Shown here one piece after another: positions 29,334 to 33,690 of a stretch of DNA of 33,690 nt (position 1 is the stretch's first letter; every line of letters starts with the position of its first letter). Origin of the DNA: Nemertoderma westbladi (taxonomy: Eukaryota; Animalia; Xenacoelomorpha); assembly GCA_032718475.1 (NCBI GenBank), contig JAUCBJ010008564.1, positions 1-33,690 on the forward strand, in the 5' to 3' direction. Made by a program: the position numbers and the translations under genes. The notes beneath the pieces are model-generated. The model made no database searches. It saw nothing but the letters and a program-made list of their open reading frames with translations, and was not told the origin of the DNA.

Positions 29334-30584
29334 TTATTCAGTTATTATTTCCTTGGCTTCCGAAATAGATAGAAGAGCGTCATAGCTTGCCATTAATATA
29401 ACGTTAATAGTGTTAACTAGCGCATTACTAAATTTCAGAATCAAATGCCCACTAGTATGAACACTAGGTTGAATCTCATGGCTTTGATCCCCGCCGGCAG
29501 TAAGATCAAATACGATCAAAGGAAATTGGGTACGAAATCGTTCTGGTGTTAGCGAGCAAAATACGCCGCTCAAGCTCTTGAACACGTTCATTAAACTTTC
29601 GAATTCCAACATAAAATTGTTTTCTGGAAAGTTAGGGCGATATGGATACCCGTGTATAATACGGGAGTCGATGTTTAGTTCAGCATAATTTAAACCGAAA
29701 TGGTTAAAATGTAACGGATTACTGCTTAATTCCCCGTTGAAGCTGGCGTTGGTAAGCATTCCAACCAAAATATACTTAGGTAATTTCCCTTGGATTATGT
29801 TCGATTCTGTATAACTGGATTGCCCACCGCCAATAGTGAAGGTTTTCACTTCTTGTTTTAACAAGTTATAAATAAAGTCATTTTTTTGTGACCCCAACAA
29901 ATGCGCGCGCATAACCTCGGCATCAATCTTGTGGCGTTTTATTTTTAAATTAATATTCATGATTTCAACTCTCGGGTTTACCAATCCTGCGGGGGGTTCA
30001 ACTTTCAAAAAAAAATTATTCGATACTCGGTCTATACGAAGTCGAATGTTAATTCCCGGCGGCAGTAATTTGTCCTGGCTTGCCAGGTCTAAAAAAATTG
30101 GGGCCACAACGAATTTAACATAATTCCCGCGAACGTCATTCTCAGTAGCGACAGGTACCCCACCTAGATTATTATCATTATCTTCATACCCACCAGCACT
30201 TAAAATACTGCGTTTTTCGTTAGCATCTGTCAACAGTAATGTCTGAAACGTAGACTTATAGGCGTAGAACCCATTCGAGGTTTCAACTAGCTTTTCATTT
30301 AAATATAACGAACAATTTTCAAATAGTGACCCACCCGGGTAATTAAGATGGTGGAGGGTTGTATCGTCGTTAGCCCTATTACCATCCCATGTAATTTTAT
30401 ATTTAATGTGAAATTTCGAATTCTTTAAATCAGTATATAGAACATTTGACTGGGGTATAAAGAACTCGATTTGTCGGGCATTCGCGTCAAGAGTAGAAAT
30501 CGGGTAGATATCCGAAAAATGTGAAGATGTATATTCTCGCTGATTTGTTTTACTTGAGAATAATGATAATTCTAATTTACTCAT
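29334..30584 (-). CDS. Polinton/adintovirus major capsid protein (double jelly-roll)
   Basis: 416 aa; YPIS...IEFFIP...YTDL, SLF...LN, YAYK, DLASQDKLLPPGINIRLRI, LPKYILVGM...FNG...NPLHFNHF, FDLT motifs. Confidence 0.92.
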   Translation of the reverse strand: MSKLELSLFSSKTNQREYTSSHFSDIYPISTLDANARQIEFFIPQSNVLYTDLKNSKFHIKYKITWDGNRANDDTTLHHLNYPGGSLFENCSLYLNEKLVETSNGFYAYKSTFQTLLLTDANEKRSILSAGGYEDNDNNLGGVPVATENDVRGNYVKFVVAPIFLDLASQDKLLPPGINIRLRIDRVSNNFFLKVEPPAGLVNPRVEIMNINLKIKRHKIDAEVMRAHLLGSQKNDFIYNLLKQEVKTFTIGGGQSSYTESNIIQGKLPKYILVGMLTNASFNGELSSNPLHFNHFGLNYAELNIDSRIIHGYPYRPNFPENNFMLEFESLMNVFKSLSGVFCSLTPERFRTQFPLIVFDLTAGGDQSHEIQPSVHTSGHLILKFSNALVNTINVILMASYDALLSISEAKEIITE

Positions 30585-30593
30585 TTTGTTAAG

Positions 30594-31121
30594 TTACATA
30601 AAAATATCACGGCATTTATTATTTCGCTTTTTACGTTTGCGCCCAACGTTCATACCCACACTTGGGTGTCGTCGTTTCCCGCTCCTCTTTTTTTTACTTT
30701 TCGGGTTTGTAAATTCATTGTATACCCGTTGGGCGATTTGGCGAGTCTTTGGATGAGGTTCTAACCGCTCGGCCACTTTATTTATCAAATCATCTGCTTT
30801 ACTGCGTAAAATACGTTTTCCTTCCGGTATTATGTATTTCCGTGCTACTTTCGCTGCTTTGGGGAGTGCCTTAGTTAGCACCTTTCTCCCTAACTTGCGG
30901 GCTAATATACCCAGACCAGTTGTTAATATTCCGCGTCCGCGCTGGCGATTTTGGGTGTATCGCCGCCCGAATTTATTATTCTTATTATTCCATATACCAG
31001 TAGATGGGCCAAACCCCGGGAGAATGCTTCCACCCTTAAAAACGGGTATATCGCTATAATTCCCGCTTCCCAGTTGGATTTGTGGGGTGCTATATAATTT
31101 AAACAAATCAGAATCTGACAT
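30594..31121 (-). CDS. Basic core/DNA-condensing-like protein
   Basis: K/R-rich; QLGSG, FKGGS and QRGRG motifs resemble adenain cleavage sites; adjacent to the capsid gene. Confidence 0.7.
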   Translation of the reverse strand: MSDSDLFKLYSTPQIQLGSGNYSDIPVFKGGSILPGFGPSTGIWNNKNNKFGRRYTQNRQRGRGILTTGLGILARKLGRKVLTKALPKAAKVARKYIIPEGKRILRSKADDLINKVAERLEPHPKTRQIAQRVYNEFTNPKSKKKRSGKRRHPSVGMNVGRKRKKRNNKCRDIFM

Positions 31122-31127
31122 TATTAT

Positions 31128-31429
31128 GAGTATTTATTATAACATATAATAATAATTCTTTACTACATACGTATATGTGTAATCTACAAATATAAGTAGC
31201 ATATAATAACGCAATAATTAATTATATATACATTAATTCGACGACAACCATTTCCCATAACCAACCGCGAGTTTCGCTGGAGTATTTATTATAACATATA
31301 ATAATAATTCTTTACTACATACGTATATGTGTAATCTACAAATATAAGTAGCATATAATAACGCAATAATTAATTATATATACATTAATTCGACGACAAC
31401 CATTTCCCATAACCAACCGCGAGTTTCGC
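31128..31429. repeat. 150-bp tandem duplication covering the 3' end of the 31385-31981 gene and the intergenic region
   Basis: 31128-31277 and 31280-31429 appear identical. Confidence 0.95.
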
Positions 31430-31981
31430 AGAACAATAATTAAAACAAAAATCACTATTATCAGATTGGTAGGCACAATTTGTTATTGCCGAAAAATCGT
31501 GAAAAAGGCATTTGGTGTCATAATCAACATATTTTTCGTTTATGCCGTACGTTTCTAGAAGTGTTCCATTCACATTAAATTCATTTTTTAAAATAAATAA
31601 TTTCGGTATTCCGCGTATTAATATTTGAAACCCCAACCGTTTTTTTTCTTGTAACCATTCCTGTATGTACATTTTAAATGCGCTTTGGTCCATAAATCCG
31701 TAGTCAAAATTAATGTGATGCGTAATATTGGCGAGTTGTGTGAGACGGTCGTATTCGCTTAAACTTAAAATTTTTGCAGGTGGACCATTAATAAACCATA
31801 CGTTTTCTAATGATTTGATGGTAGTATTATAAGCCGCAAACTCTTTAAAATAAATGGTTGCAACGGGGTGTTGGTCGATCTGCGGAAGATGCGTATAATA
31901 TTGGAAATCTACTATTATTCCCGGGTTTTCCAGCGTCGGGTAATAATCACGCCCACGGCTGCGACTTAGAAATTTATCCAT
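31385..31981 (-). CDS. Polinton accessory protein, possible DnaQ/DEDD-fold nuclease derivative
   Basis: IIVDFQ...FKEFAA...HHINFDYG...ILIRGIPK...LLETYG...CLFH...CSAK pattern, as recalled from Polinton-associated proteins. Confidence 0.55.
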   Translation of the reverse strand: MDKFLSRSRGRDYYPTLENPGIIVDFQYYTHLPQIDQHPVATIYFKEFAAYNTTIKSLENVWFINGPPAKILSLSEYDRLTQLANITHHINFDYGFMDQSAFKMYIQEWLQEKKRLGFQILIRGIPKLFILKNEFNVNGTLLETYGINEKYVDYDTKCLFHDFSAITNCAYQSDNSDFCFNYCSAKLAVGYGKWLSSN

Positions 31982-32055
31982 ATAGTCGCTATAACTTCAG
32001 ATAATCAGATAATAATAAATAATAAATAATTTACATCGATTAAATTGTGACTATC

Positions 32056-32859
32056 TCAATCAATTCGTATAAAATGAAGCGTCAATATTGAATTTCCATA
32101 ATGAAAGCGCAACAAATTTCCGGAATCTCCAATCAATCGAACTCGTATATAACGTAAATTAGATGTTGAATTAACTTTTTTATAGTAGACTTCCTCAACT
32201 TCACGACTAATAATTTGCCCATATTCCCCTTCTATGGGTATGCTACGCAACAGAGGGTATTCGCTATTGTCTACAAATTGAGGTTCGACGCAATTGATAT
32301 GTATATTTATGTTGGGTTCCAGTATTTCGACAGCATTAGGATGCTTATGGCAGTCGTACTTATTATTCCGCGAATCAATCCTTAGCAAGTGATAATCCCC
32401 CGCAGCATTTTGCACACACATAAAACCTTTGCCATCAACCTCGTGTTCTGTTAATCCTAGGTAACCACCCAAACGTTTACTGACAAATATCGACAACTGT
32501 TTACCTTTAAAATGTATGGTTATATTACCTGAGCGTGCTGTATTATCAATTATATTAATTTGGCCTTTAATAAGGCTTTTGTTGAAGTACTCAATGATCC
32601 TTTCCAATGATAGGAAAGATCCTTCGGGGAGAGTAACATCTCTTGTAAACATTTTTTTATTTTTTATGGCCTTTATATAAATGTCGCTATTGTCATACCT
32701 GATACTAGATACGTACGTTATACCGGTTAAACCTATTAACCATTGCCCTTTAGCGAAAGGTAAAGGAATTTGCAAATTTGTTTGGAAATCGCTGGCGCTA
32801 TTACGCGGGAATTCTATGGGGTTTGCGTTTGAGGGTAGTACAACGTAATAACTGTTCAT
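32056..32859 (-). CDS. Minor capsid protein (penton) 1
   Basis: YYVVLPSN...FPRNSASDF...WLIGL; C-terminal CVEPQFVDNSEYPLLRSIP...IRVRLIGDSG...LTLHF. Confidence 0.88.
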   Translation of the reverse strand: MNSYYVVLPSNANPIEFPRNSASDFQTNLQIPLPFAKGQWLIGLTGITYVSSIRYDNSDIYIKAIKNKKMFTRDVTLPEGSFLSLERIIEYFNKSLIKGQINIIDNTARSGNITIHFKGKQLSIFVSKRLGGYLGLTEHEVDGKGFMCVQNAAGDYHLLRIDSRNNKYDCHKHPNAVEILEPNINIHINCVEPQFVDNSEYPLLRSIPIEGEYGQIISREVEEVYYKKVNSTSNLRYIRVRLIGDSGNLLRFHYGNSILTLHFIRID

Positions 32860-33690
32860 TCTTGTAGTTTTTGTCGCCGTTGTTGTTTTTTGAGTTCTAG
32901 AACTAAAATTGTTTTACCCCCATGAAAGACTATATGCTTTCCTTTATGGTCGCGAAGCGTTATACTAATTGTGTCGAGCACTTTTTTATTTCTTAATTGT
33001 TTGTAATGTGTGTTTTTGAATTCCAGGTTGATGAATGAGTATGGTTCCCATTTCAAAGGGATTATCCGCAAAAGAGGCGCCATCGAATGTCCTACGTGAG
33101 AAGATTCAATCATATCTGTATATATAAACATTGTGTGTCTATCCCTCGTTATATCGCAAGGTTCGGGGAATTCAACTCCATCCGCTTTGTTTGTATCTTT
33201 ACAGCCTAAGTTCAATAAATCATCATCTTTGTTATAGTGTATTGCCCAAAGCGCCCCAAGACCCATTAAATTATTTTTTAAACTCGATAACCCGAAAATA
33301 TTTATTATATCTCCATAGAATTGGAAATAGCGGCCTTTCTCACAATGTAGACGAATTTTTGATGTATGTTTTTGGTAGTTAAACTTAACATCTTTGAAAC
33401 CGTGGTGGGATATTGCGGGATTTTTCAAATAAACACTAATATGGTTTAAAATTGACTCAATAGAAGCATATAGACCAAGATTAAAATCGATTTCTATAAG
33501 ATTGTATGGAGCTATATGAAATTCCAAATCCTCATCAACCATATATTCACCAATTATAATTCCAGATCTTTGTTCAATATTTCTATAGGTCGACACATAC
33601 TGTATTTCCTTTAGACCCACGACCCAATCTGTGCTGACGGGGATAGGTTTGGACAACTCAATCGTGAAATCGCTGGGAGTGTTATCAGGA
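32856..33690 (-). CDS. Minor capsid protein (penton) 2, N-terminus off window
   Basis: Frame open to the window end (PDNTPSDFTIELSKPI...WVVGLKEI); FIYTDMIESSHVGHSMAPLLRII...ISITLRDHKG...LVLEL. ATGA overlap with penton 1. Confidence 0.88.
   Translation of the reverse strand, partial: PDNTPSDFTIELSKPIPVSTDWVVGLKEIQYVSTYRNIEQRSGIIIGEYMVDEDLEFHIAPYNLIEIDFNLGLYASIESILNHISVYLKNPAISHHGFKDVKFNYQKHTSKIRLHCEKGRYFQFYGDIINIFGLSSLKNNLMGLGALWAIHYNKDDDLLNLGCKDTNKADGVEFPEPCDITRDRHTMFIYTDMIESSHVGHSMAPLLRIIPLKWEPYSFINLEFKNTHYKQLRNKKVLDTISITLRDHKGKHIVFHGGKTILVLELKKQQRRQKLQE

Larger units (their letters stand above)
27256..33690 (-). mobile_element. Maverick/Polinton (adintovirus-like) element, one end; continues beyond the window
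   Basis: AGTAGT terminus at an abrupt composition change, subterminal tandem repeats, then protease, major capsid and two penton genes. pPolB, integrase and ATPase are not in the window. Confidence 0.88.

Overview
Eukaryotic (probably invertebrate animal) repeat DNA with no host genes. It resolves into a five-element nest, all coding on the minus strand. (1) The 3' end of a CR1/L2-group LINE (1-514) is interrupted by (2) an outer BEL/Pao-type LTR element. Its 3' LTR is at 515-1903 and it encodes Gag + aspartic protease but no RT/RNase H/integrase. The long gag ORF of this outer element was hit three times. (3) A 689-bp TA-flanked Tc1/mariner-like MITE sits at 6078-6766. (4) A complete 18,956-bp BEL/Pao element sits at 7132-26087, with TG...CA LTRs about 1% divergent and a 5-bp TSD ACCGG. 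(5) A Maverick/Polinton (adintovirus-like) element starts with AGTAGT at 27256 and runs off the window; it carries a cysteine protease, major capsid, basic core-like protein, DnaQ-like protein and two pentons. Removing the MITE and the inner LTR element restores the outer reading frame exactly. The most striking feature is in the inner BEL/Pao element: in the slot where env would be, it carries a ~4.3-kb extra ORF encoding a WRN/EXD-like DEDDy 3'-5' exonuclease plus clustered CCHC zinc fingers. This ORF is preceded by structured non-coding RNA. The element also lacks a tRNA-type PBS and instead has an 11-nt site complementary to its own LTR. All family calls are from motif recognition by eye, with no database searches.
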